From a virus, in IMG/VR virus record IMGVR_UViG_3300023284_000477, positions 1 through 40,412 of that record: a stretch of DNA of 40,412 bases; one strand, written 5' to 3'. This document shows, piece after piece, positions 33,352 to 40,412 of this stretch. Each line of letters begins with the position of its first letter. The first letter of the stretch is position 1. The position numbers and the translations under genes were made by a program. The notes beneath the pieces are model-generated. The model was given only the letters and a program-made list of their open reading frames with translations. It did no database searches and was not told where the DNA came from.

Positions 33352-33440
33352 CAAATATATATAAAAATATAAAAGTATAACAAATAAAAGACGTTAAATA
33401 TTTAACACATTTATATTTGTATAATGTTATACTTTTTTAC
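33352..33440. promoter_or_regulatory. Divergent early promoter region sharing the palindrome GTTAAATATTTAAC
   Basis: Leftward: TATATTTG (33352-33359, minus strand) and GTTATACTTTTATA (33368-33381, minus strand). The central palindrome is at 33393-33406. Rightward: GTTATACTTTTTTAC (33426-33440). Confidence 0.6.
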
Positions 33441-33463
33441 TATCTTAGCAAAAATTATTAATT

Positions 33464-33661
33464 ATGGATGCAGATAAAAACAACGATAGACTATTCCTAA
33501 ATCCAAGAATTGATGTCGATGAAAGAAATGAATTCGAACATCATATTCTTGACGCAAAACAAGGCGGAATGAAGCTTGATAAGTCAAAGTTGATTCGCGC
33601 TTTTGTGACCAAGTTTAACGATGATCCTTCAAAAATGTTGAAGTATATCGGCCTTAAATAA
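33464..33661 (+). CDS. Small protein, possible ribbon-helix-helix-type regulator
   Basis: 65 aa, first gene of the rightward early operon. The N-terminal beta-strand-then-helix pattern (RLFLNPRIDVDERNEFEHHIL) is only suggestive. Confidence 0.5.
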   Translation: MDADKNNDRLFLNPRIDVDERNEFEHHILDAKQGGMKLDKSKLIRAFVTKFNDDPSKMLKYIGLK

Positions 33662-33685
33662 GTAACCATTAACTAAATATATATT

Positions 33686-34036
33686 ATGATTTCAGGACAA
33701 ATCAATTTAACAAAGTTGACTTCTGCTTTGACGAGCAGAAAAGGAAAAGACGGTACGATGATCGAAGGGGTTTTTATCCCCATTGATCATAATTATTTAT
33801 TCAAATCTGATAAAGGAAATGTTTATATGAACATTATTGCCTTTGATTTGAAAGACCCAGATGATGGCGATACTCATTTAGTAAAAATATCATTACCTAA
33901 AGATGTTCGTGAAAAAATGAGCAAAGAAGAACAAAATGAAATGCCTATAATTGGAAATCTGAAGGTTTGGGGTGATAGCGAAGGTCGAGAAGAAACCGTC
34001 GAAACCCTTGAAGAAGATGACGATCTGCCTTTCTAG
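33686..34036 (+). CDS. Putative ssDNA-binding protein with an SSB-tip-like C-terminus (EEDDDLPF)
   Basis: 116 aa. The C-terminus LEEDDDLPF* mimics the bacterial SSB tip DDDIPF. It lies in the replication module. Confidence 0.5.
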   Translation: MISGQINLTKLTSALTSRKGKDGTMIEGVFIPIDHNYLFKSDKGNVYMNIIAFDLKDPDDGDTHLVKISLPKDVREKMSKEEQNEMPIIGNLKVWGDSEGREETVETLEEDDDLPF

Positions 34037-34335
34037 TGTATTCAAGATGTTATCCCCCGTTTCATGTTAATCAGGAAGTTCATCTTGTTAACTCTGATAT
34101 AGGAAGGACGCTAAGAACTGTTCGAATCGCCTATATACTTGATTACTATTTTAATAATGGCGAGAATTCGGCTGACATTCGCGGAAACAAAAAAGGCTGG
34201 GTTGCACTAATTAAATACTCGTATAATGGAAGGAAATATTTCATCAAAGAAGTCAATGAATCATGTTTCGACTTTAATAGTCGAGTCGATTTCAACGGGT
34301 CGTCGGTATTTGGCGCGTCCCTGCAAACAACGTGA
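34036..34335 (+). CDS. Hypothetical protein
   Basis: 99-aa ORF with a GTG start overlapping the upstream TAG (TAGTG). Confidence 0.45.
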   Translation: MYSRCYPPFHVNQEVHLVNSDIGRTLRTVRIAYILDYYFNNGENSADIRGNKKGWVALIKYSYNGRKYFIKEVNESCFDFNSRVDFNGSSVFGASLQTT

Positions 34336-34440
34336 TCGCATCGTTCTAAAGAATAGAATCACTCAATCGGGCAAGATAATGGATGCCAGGATTATGGAGT
34401 CCGTTGAACGTAAAGATTATTTGATTGAATGAATTGAGCG

Positions 34441-34596
34441 TGCTAGAAGATAAACGGTGAGTATGGTTCATCCAACGCCGCAGCCTTTGTAGGGCGTCGT
34501 TTATTGGAATGAGATTGCATTTAGACTAGTTCTGCACTTCTAAGACTACAAACTTAGACACTCTCAATAGGCTCGGCAGAAATGTCGGGCTTTTTT
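34441..34596 (+). ncRNA. Candidate structured non-coding transcript ending in a terminator
   Basis: Nested stems are ataaacg/cgtttat (34450-34456 / 34498-34504) and acgcc/ggcgt (34475-34479 / 34493-34497). Three TWAGAC repeats lie at 34521, 34541 and 34554. The terminator is at 34571-34596. No convincing ORF. Confidence 0.3.
34571..34596 (+). terminator. Rho-independent terminator
   Basis: Stem gctcggc/gtcgggc (5 Watson-Crick and 2 G-U pairs), loop agaaat, then T6 (34591-34596). Confidence 0.6.
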
Positions 34597-34597
34597 A

Positions 34598-34875
34598 TGA
34601 AGGTATTTTAAAAATAAATACCTTCAGATGAAGGTAAAATACCTTCTTTTTCTAAAAATCGTCAATTGTCTTTTTACTGTTTTTTACTTTCTGAAGGTAT
34701 TTATATTGTATTTATATCATATTTTAGAAGGTTTTTTACTCAGTATCAACAGGGCTTTGAAGGTATATAAGGTATTTTATCCTATTTTATTATGGGGGGG
34801 GTGTGATTCTTACTAAAAAAGAGTCTTTTTAAACATACCCTAAGTATATAGAGAAAAATACCTTATATACCTTCA
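34598..34875. repeat. Iteron array / putative origin of replication upstream of the primase-helicase
   Basis: The TGAAGGTAT(TT) core occurs at 34598-34608 (+), 34616-34626 (-), 34630-34646 (palindrome), 34692-34702 (+), 34725-34735 (degenerate) and 34758-34778 (+, double unit). The perfect 21-bp inverse of the double unit is at 34855-34875. A G8 tract lies at 34794-34801. The background is AT-rich. Confidence 0.6.
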
Positions 34876-34936
34876 GAGTTGTTTATTCAAAAAATATTCT
34901 TATGTTTGCAGTGTTAATTTTAATTTAATTTATTTA

Positions 34937-35161
34937 ATGAAACTATTCATAACCAACAAGGTTGAATTTGAAGATCAGTTTCCTGATACTTCTGGCGAAA
35001 TTCATAAAAAGGCATTTAATATTTTAAGGGAATCCGTTTCCGAGAATAATATACCAATAATATTATTGGCTGATTATTCAGACTTAAATTGTGCTTTATT
35101 CAATTTTAAGCGAATATTGGATGATGTTTATTTTTATGAATTCACAGGTTCAGCAGGATGA
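34937..35161 (+). CDS. Hypothetical protein
   Basis: 74-aa ORF with ATGA coupling to the primase-helicase gene. Confidence 0.55.
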   Translation: MKLFITNKVEFEDQFPDTSGEIHKKAFNILRESVSENNIPIILLADYSDLNCALFNFKRILDDVYFYEFTGSAG

Positions 35162-37701
35162 TTGAATCAGCTTTAAAATACATCAAGCAGGGTTATTCAG
35201 TAATCCCAACATTTAAAGATAAAAGCCCTTCGCTCGGAACTTGGGCTAAATATCAGAAGGACATAATGACACCAGAGGTTGCAAAAAATGTTTTTGTGAA
35301 CGCTCATAGTATTGCTATAATTAGCGGTGGTATTTCAAAGAATAGACTAGTTGTCGATGTTGATTGTAAATATGATATTACCGGGAAACTTTGGACAGAT
35401 CTTGTCCAATTAATAAAAGATAATGACGAAGACTTATTCGACAAGCTTGTCGTAGTAAAAACACCGTCTGGAGGGTATCATATAATTTTCAATACAAAAA
35501 AGCTCCCCTCAAGATCAACAAAATTAGCAAACAGACCTTTAACAGATAATGAAAAAGAGGAAAATCCTAAAGAAAAATGCAAAGTTCTCATTGAAACAAA
35601 AGGCGAAGGAGGGTATTGTTTAGCCCCTCCTTCAAAAGGGTATAAATACCTTTCCAAGCGAGAAAAACCAATAATTTTAACAGACAACGAGGTTGACTTA
35701 ATCTTGACTGCTTCCCGGTCATTTAATCAAGTTTTCGAAGAGAAGAAAGTAAACACAAAAAAAGCATTTGACAACAATATTTATACCGAAAATCCATTTG
35801 ATGATTACAATAACAGGGGGGATTGCATTGAGATACTAGAATCCTCTGGATGGAAAGTTGTGTCTCAAACAAATAGGAAGATTTATCTAAAACGCCCTGG
35901 GGATTCTTCAGCAAAAACAAGCGGTAACTTTTCCCTCGAACATAATAGATTTTACTGTTTTTCGACATCTACTGAATTTGAATCTGACATTTCTTATTCT
36001 CCTGTTGCAATTTATTGCCTAATAAAACACGGTAATGATTGGAAGAAATGTGTAAAAGATTTGATTGATTCGGGCTTCGGAAGGGAAAGAAAAAAGATAA
36101 GTTCGGCCTATTCAAAATTAATAAAGGAACTTGTTGAAGATGGGATTGAGGATGCCGATATAATAGACGAGATTAGAAAAGTTGGGGGGAAAAGTATTGA
36201 AGATTGCGAAATTATATTCGAGAATTTTAGGGCTAATCAAGGGAAGACAGTTCTTCAATTCTGGTATATAAAGGATGGAAGCCCGCCATCTATAAAAATA
36301 CATCTTACAAAGTTTGTCCGATTTATTTCAAATCACCTAAATATTTATAGATATAAATTATCAGGAGCTGAGACGATTTTCAGATATATCAGAATTACTG
36401 GGAATATAATTGAAGAAGTAAAACTGACCGATGTCAAAGATGAAATAAAAGATTATATCAATTCTCTTGAATCTGTTTTTGACGGAATTTACCGGGACAG
36501 CTTAATGGAGATTGTACAGAGGCAAAGTAACATATTGTTTTCTGACACCCAAATGGAATTCTTAGAATATACAGATGTTGAAGTGTTAAGGCCCGAAAAA
36601 GATTCGGCATTTTTCCCATTTAAAAACTGCATGGTTAAAATTTCCAAGGATAAGAAGATTGAATGTTTGGACTACAAGGCTTTGGGTAAAAAAGTGATAT
36701 GGAGATCAAGCATAATTAATCATGAATTTGATATTGATTTTGATTTTGAAGAGTTTTCATTCACTAAATTTTTGAGCAAAATAAACGATGATGATGACGA
36801 CAGAATTAATTATTGCAAGCAATTGGTTGGGTATTCTTTGCATGAATATAAAGATGAAATGAAGCCTTTTTCAGTGATATTTGGAGAGGAAAGTGCTGAT
36901 AGTTTACAAGGCGGCGGTACTGGGAAAGGGCTTTTAACCAAGGCTATTGACAGGGTGATCAAAACCATCACCATTGATGGAAAAGGATTTCAGGCTGACA
37001 AGCCTTTTGCCTTTCAACGAGTTACTTTGGACTGTAAATTAATACTTCTTCAAGACACTGAAAAAAACTTTAAATTTGAAAGCTTATTTAGCAAAATAAC
37101 TGACGGGCTTACCATTGAGAGAAAAAATAAAGATGAATTATTTCTTAATTATGAAGATTCTCCAAAATTTCTTATCACTACAAACTATAACATAGACAAT
37201 TCGTCTCAAGCGTCGAACAGACGTCAGATTTTGCTTGAATTCAGTAATTTCTTTAATGATAAAAATACACCTATTGATTATTTGGGTGAGTATTTATTCA
37301 TTGGATGGGAAAAAAAACAATGGGACAAATTTTATACCGTAATGTTTGATTGTATCATCAAATATTTAGACGAAGGAATTACCGAAGTAAAGGAAACAGA
37401 CACCTCAAGACAAAAGAAAGTAACCAACAGCTTTACAGAAATGTTTTATGAATGGTTTTCTTCGTATGTAAGCGTGTCATATACTTCAATTTCTGACTTA
37501 CATGACAATTTTTTAATACAAAGCGATATCAGTATAAAGGCTTATTCTAGGATAAGATTTTCCAAGGCGTTACAATTTTCATGCAACGTGTTTGATATCG
37601 AACTAAAAAGCCATAAAGCACCTGTAACTAATAAAAAACTTTATTTCTGGGGGAAAAACGAACCAAAACCCGAAGAACCGGATGGGGATTTACCTTTTTA
37701 A
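35158..37701 (+). CDS. Bifunctional primase-polymerase / SF3 (D5/P4-like) helicase with a DLPF C-terminus
   Basis: Prim-Pol motifs are GYSVIPTFKDKSP, VVDVDCK, VKTPSGGYHIIF and ETKGEGGYCLAPPS. Walker A is GGGTGKGLLTKA and Walker-B-like is LILLQDTE. The C-terminus is EEPDGDLPF*. Confidence 0.9.
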   Translation: MIESALKYIKQGYSVIPTFKDKSPSLGTWAKYQKDIMTPEVAKNVFVNAHSIAIISGGISKNRLVVDVDCKYDITGKLWTDLVQLIKDNDEDLFDKLVVVKTPSGGYHIIFNTKKLPSRSTKLANRPLTDNEKEENPKEKCKVLIETKGEGGYCLAPPSKGYKYLSKREKPIILTDNEVDLILTASRSFNQVFEEKKVNTKKAFDNNIYTENPFDDYNNRGDCIEILESSGWKVVSQTNRKIYLKRPGDSSAKTSGNFSLEHNRFYCFSTSTEFESDISYSPVAIYCLIKHGNDWKKCVKDLIDSGFGRERKKISSAYSKLIKELVEDGIEDADIIDEIRKVGGKSIEDCEIIFENFRANQGKTVLQFWYIKDGSPPSIKIHLTKFVRFISNHLNIYRYKLSGAETIFRYIRITGNIIEEVKLTDVKDEIKDYINSLESVFDGIYRDSLMEIVQRQSNILFSDTQMEFLEYTDVEVLRPEKDSAFFPFKNCMVKISKDKKIECLDYKALGKKVIWRSSIINHEFDIDFDFEEFSFTKFLSKINDDDDDRINYCKQLVGYSLHEYKDEMKPFSVIFGEESADSLQGGGTGKGLLTKAIDRVIKTITIDGKGFQADKPFAFQRVTLDCKLILLQDTEKNFKFESLFSKITDGLTIERKNKDELFLNYEDSPKFLITTNYNIDNSSQASNRRQILLEFSNFFNDKNTPIDYLGEYLFIGWEKKQWDKFYTVMFDCIIKYLDEGITEVKETDTSRQKKVTNSFTEMFYEWFSSYVSVSYTSISDLHDNFLIQSDISIKAYSRIRFSKALQFSCNVFDIELKSHKAPVTNKKLYFWGKNEPKPEEPDGDLPF

Positions 37702-37711
37702 AACTAAGATT

Positions 37712-38392
37712 ATGCAATATATGGGAAGTAAAAATAGGATAGCAAAACACTTGCTACCTATAATGTTGGAAAATAGAGGCAGCAAGACTTGGGTTGAGCC
37801 TTTTGTCGGTGGCGCTAACATGATTGACAAAGTTAATGGTAGGCGAATAGGCGCTGATAATCATAAACATTTGATCTCGCTGCTTATAGCCTTACAAAAT
37901 GGGTGGACGCCTCCAGTAAAAATAAGTAAAGAAATGTATTACGAAATTAAAAATAATCAAGACAAACATAGTGATGAACTTATCGGATTTGTAGGATTTC
38001 TCTGCAGCTTTGGTGGTAAATGGTGGGGCGGATACGCTGCAAATAAAAAGGGAGACAATTATGCAGATAGAGGCAGTAGGATGCTTGTAAAACAAGCGAA
38101 AAATTTTGACGGTATCGATTTTAAAAATAAATCTTATAAAGATTTGGACATTCCTGCCGATAGTTTGATTTATTGCGATCTGCCGTATAAGGGAACAACG
38201 GCATATAAGGGCGGCTTTAATCATGATGAATTCTGGGAGTGGTGCAAGCAAAAAGCAAAAGAAGGACATCAACTATTTATAAGCGAATATAATGCACCAA
38301 AAGATTTTAAATGTATAAAAGAGGTGATTCACAAAACGATACTTGATAAAAACAGTCAATATAAGAGGATTGAAAAGTTGTTCACAATATGA
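37712..38392 (+). CDS. DNA N6-adenine methyltransferase (Dam/D12 class)
   Basis: The start is taken at MQYMGSKNRIAKHLLP. Motif I is VEPFVGGANM and motif IV is the DPPY variant YCDLPYKGT. Confidence 0.85.
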   Translation: MQYMGSKNRIAKHLLPIMLENRGSKTWVEPFVGGANMIDKVNGRRIGADNHKHLISLLIALQNGWTPPVKISKEMYYEIKNNQDKHSDELIGFVGFLCSFGGKWWGGYAANKKGDNYADRGSRMLVKQAKNFDGIDFKNKSYKDLDIPADSLIYCDLPYKGTTAYKGGFNHDEFWEWCKQKAKEGHQLFISEYNAPKDFKCIKEVIHKTILDKNSQYKRIEKLFTI

Positions 38393-38874
38393 ATAAAGAG
38401 AACAAAAAACGATTAGTAGATCTATACGTCGCAGCGCATAAAACGAAATATCCGTCTGTGCCGGATTATGCGATTCCGATTCCGAAATATTCTGACAGTA
38501 AAACGAACGGATTGACAAAATGCGTCATTGCGTTTATCAATCTGTCTGGATTCCAGGCCGAACGAATTAGCAATTCGGGTCGATATATTGACAATAAGAA
38601 AACATTTGTAGATGTTGTTGGTCGGAATCGGACTGTCGGATCTGGTAAGTGGATTCCAGGATCAGGGACGCCAGGGACTGCCGACATCAGTTCAACGATA
38701 ATGGGTCGATCTGTGAAGATTGAAATCAAGTTCGGCAACGATAAGCAGTCACCGGCACAAAAGAGGTATCAAGAAATGATTGAATCAGCCGGCGGCATCT
38801 ATATAATAGTAAAAACGTTCGATCAGTTCATTCAGTGGTACGATGAATTTATCGCTAAAATAAGACAGTCATGA
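38389..38874 (+). CDS. VRR-NUC-like PD-(D/E)xK nuclease
   Basis: GTPGTADISSTIMGRSVKIEIKFGNDKQSPAQKRYQEMIESAGGIYIIV matches the D...ExK...Q pattern of VRR-NUC. Confidence 0.55.
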   Translation: MNKENKKRLVDLYVAAHKTKYPSVPDYAIPIPKYSDSKTNGLTKCVIAFINLSGFQAERISNSGRYIDNKKTFVDVVGRNRTVGSGKWIPGSGTPGTADISSTIMGRSVKIEIKFGNDKQSPAQKRYQEMIESAGGIYIIVKTFDQFIQWYDEFIAKIRQS

Positions 38875-39095
38875 ACATCGTATATCACAAAGGAATTCCA
38901 TCAATGGATCGATGCGATTTTCAAATCGACGGTGTTGATTTTCTGATTACCGGAACAGAAATCGATTCACACGGGAACTATATCTGTTCGGTCAAGAATG
39001 TAGAAACTAAAAAGACAAGCGAAATCGAACACGGGCGGCTGTGTGAAATTATTCTAAAGGATCAAGAAGACAATCCTGTTCAAATAAAAATATAG
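38871..39095 (+). CDS. Hypothetical protein
   Basis: 74-aa ORF with ATGA coupling. Confidence 0.55.
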   Translation: MNIVYHKGIPSMDRCDFQIDGVDFLITGTEIDSHGNYICSVKNVETKKTSEIEHGRLCEIILKDQEDNPVQIKI

Positions 39096-39139
39096 GGTGA
39101 AATAAAAGTGGAAATCGAAACTATACAAACAGAATTATT

Positions 39140-39778
39140 ATGAAGATATTAATTGCATGTGAAGAAAGCCAAGCGGTTTGCATTGAATTCAGGAAGAAAG
39201 GTCATGAAGCCTATTCGTGTGATATTCTGCCGTGTTCAGGCGGTCATCCTGAATGGCATATTCAAGGAGATGTTGTAAAACTACTAAATCAAGAATGGGA
39301 TATGATAATAGCTTTCCCTACTTGCACCTACTTGACAAATGCAGGAACTCGTCACTTTAGCAGAAGAATAAACACAGAAGAAAAAGTGGTGGCTAGAGAG
39401 AAAAAACGTGAAAAAGCAGCTGCATTCTTTATGCTATTTATTAATGCGAATTGTGATAAAATGGTAGTTGAAAACCCAGTAGGATATATGAATAGTTCGT
39501 ACAGAAAACCAGACCAAATAATTCATCCTTACTATTTTGGTGATAATTTTAAAAAAAGGACGTGTTTGTGGATTAAAGGTTTGCCAATATTGGAGCATAC
39601 AAACAGGCTTCCAGAACCAGAGCCGATGTATATCCTACAAGGTAAATTAGGAAAAGGAAAGAAAATAGGATGGTGCGAAGGAATCAAAGGAACGACTGGT
39701 GGTCAGGCCGGTAGAGCTAAAGCAAGAAGCAAAACATTCCCTGGAATAGCTAAAGCGATGGCTAGTCAATGGGGTTAA
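39140..39778 (+). CDS. Short C5-cytosine-methyltransferase-like protein (no obvious target-recognition domain)
   Basis: ILIACEESQAV occupies the motif-I position. FPTCTYLTNAG resembles motif IV (PC catalytic dipeptide). VVENPVG resembles motif VI (ENV). Only 212 aa. Confidence 0.5.
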   Translation: MKILIACEESQAVCIEFRKKGHEAYSCDILPCSGGHPEWHIQGDVVKLLNQEWDMIIAFPTCTYLTNAGTRHFSRRINTEEKVVAREKKREKAAAFFMLFINANCDKMVVENPVGYMNSSYRKPDQIIHPYYFGDNFKKRTCLWIKGLPILEHTNRLPEPEPMYILQGKLGKGKKIGWCEGIKGTTGGQAGRAKARSKTFPGIAKAMASQWG

Positions 39779-39782
39779 GTTT

Positions 39783-39810
39783 GTTATACTAATATATTTT
39801 TATACATTTG
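39783..39810 (+). promoter_or_regulatory. Promoter-like element GTTATACTAATATATTTTTATACATTTG
   Basis: Degenerate copy of the GTTATAC...TATAC box, with TACATTTG (39803-39810) matching TAnnTTTG only 4 nt before the ATG at 39815. Confidence 0.4.
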
Positions 39811-39814
39811 TAAG

Positions 39815-40048
39815 ATGAAAAAAGGAGCAAATTTTTATGAAATTCTTTGGCTGTTCGGTCTTTACTATTTAATGGATCATGAGCTTGAAACTTGGGCGTT
39901 CTGGACACTGTTCGGAATCCTGACGGCTATGTGTCCCAAATGGAAAGCGTTTCGAGACTGGTATGATGTGCAGCTTGAACATTATAGCAAGCAAAGAAGA
40001 GAAGAACGAAAACAACTTGAAGATGAAATCGAAGAAGAAGGAAACTAA
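39815..40048 (+). CDS. Small two-TM membrane protein with a charged C-terminus (holin-like topology)
   Basis: Hydrophobic segments are FYEILWLFGLYYLM and WAFWTLFGILTAMC. The tail is KQRREERKQLEDEIEEEGN. Confidence 0.55.
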   Translation: MKKGANFYEILWLFGLYYLMDHELETWAFWTLFGILTAMCPKWKAFRDWYDVQLEHYSKQRREERKQLEDEIEEEGN

Positions 40049-40412
40049 AGTCATCGATATAGCTGGATCTAAGCTGTCGAAAATGACGACGCAAATGACG
40101 ACGGGTGCAAAAAAGGCTCTGTTAGCTGCGCTTGGTCAAGAGGATGTCGAAGAAAAAGGCGGCGATCTTAGCTCGGTTATTCAGGATAAGACGCCGAAAG
40201 TTGTTCAGGAAAAGATTGACGTCACTAAATACAACCGGCATAATCGGCGTACACAGGCTTTTGTAATACATAACAAAGAAAGCGACTTATACATGCGCCG
40301 GACTATCGATTTCAAAACGCAAGTGGTTACGCGAAAAGACGTTCCGCTTGAAGAAGCAACGACGTTTAAATTCAAGTATTTGATGCGAGTGATCGATGAA
40401 GTGCCTGGTAGA
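40023..40412 (+). CDS. Hypothetical protein, 5' part of the junction-spanning ORF (continues at 1-198)
   Basis: The ATG at 40023 gives MKSKKKETKVIDIAGSKLSKMTTQ.... The frame is open to the window end and identical to bases 1-144 over the repeat. Confidence 0.7.
   Translation, partial: MKSKKKETKVIDIAGSKLSKMTTQMTTGAKKALLAALGQEDVEEKGGDLSSVIQDKTPKVVQEKIDVTKYNRHNRRTQAFVIHNKESDLYMRRTIDFKTQVVTRKDVPLEEATTFKFKYLMRVIDEVPGR
40269..40412. repeat. Terminal direct repeat, copy 2 (identical to 1-144)
   Basis: Exact 144-bp identity read by eye. Confidence 0.9.

Noticed and set aside
34226-34432. 68-aa ORF overlapping the 34036-34335 gene by 110 nt
   Set aside because: It is out of frame with the upstream ORF, has no coupling signal and has a large overlap. 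The non-overlapping tail would encode only about 17 aa from the ATG at 34379. It is treated as non-coding or part of the candidate ncRNA region.
34628-34816. 62-aa ORF in the track (MKVKYLLFLKIVNCLF...)
   Set aside because: It lies entirely within the AT-rich iteron array. Its Phe/Leu/Tyr-rich sequence is what the repeats translate to, and its start has no promoter or coupling context.
34598-34875. Repeat-rich region that could superficially resemble a CRISPR array
   Set aside because: The repeat units are only 8-11 bp, occur in both orientations and have irregular spacing. There are no cas genes. The pattern fits iterons or an origin, not CRISPR.
39803-39810. TACATTTG as a functional -7 box for the 39815 gene
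   Set aside because: It ends only 4 nt before the ATG, so a transcript from it would start at or inside the start codon. It is kept as a low-confidence promoter-like feature, not as evidence for leaderless translation.

Overview
The window is a complete dsDNA tailed-phage genome. Bases 1-144 repeat exactly at 40269-40412, so the unique length is 40268 bp, and one ORF reads through the junction. This fits a circular or circularly permuted assembly better than a physical end repeat.

The sequence is AT-rich. No Shine-Dalgarno (GGAGG-type) sequence was seen in the start-codon contexts read by eye. Many genes are coupled by ATGA or TAATG overlaps. Several intergenic regions carry Bacteroidota-style TAnnTTTG (-7) boxes, so a Bacteroidota/Flavobacteriia host is inferred, not proven.

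Modules:
- Rightward early, replication and DNA-modification module (33464 through the junction to about 1900). It holds an SSB-like protein, a candidate iteron origin, a primase-polymerase/SF3 helicase, a Dam-like methyltransferase, a VRR-NUC-like nuclease, a short C5-methyltransferase-like protein and a NUMOD4-HNH endonuclease.
- Packaging module (1899-4302): terS, an ECF-like sigma factor, then terL.
- An early-promoter-driven cassette of seven small genes plus a tRNA-like element (4303-6309).
- An inverted portal gene (6547-7800, minus strand).
- Head, tail and lysis genes (7960-26637): prohead protease, HK97-fold capsid, tape measure, tail proteins, Amidase_3 endolysin and a u-spanin-like lipoprotein.
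- Leftward early module (33329 down to 26600): ERF annealase, YqaJ-like exonuclease, YopX, DEDDh exonuclease, a PP-loop/PAPS-reductase-like enzyme and an HNH endonuclease.

No DNA polymerase, integrase, reverse transcriptase or CRISPR array was recognised.

Most notable signals:
- A 15-nt box, AAAACGATAGAYRTG, is fused to six early-gene start codons.
- A composite early promoter/operator module recurs in five intergenic regions.
- A candidate iteron origin lies upstream of the primase-helicase.
- SSB-tip-like DLPF C-termini occur on both the SSB-like protein and the primase-helicase.

All functional calls come from motif recognition by eye; no database search was run.
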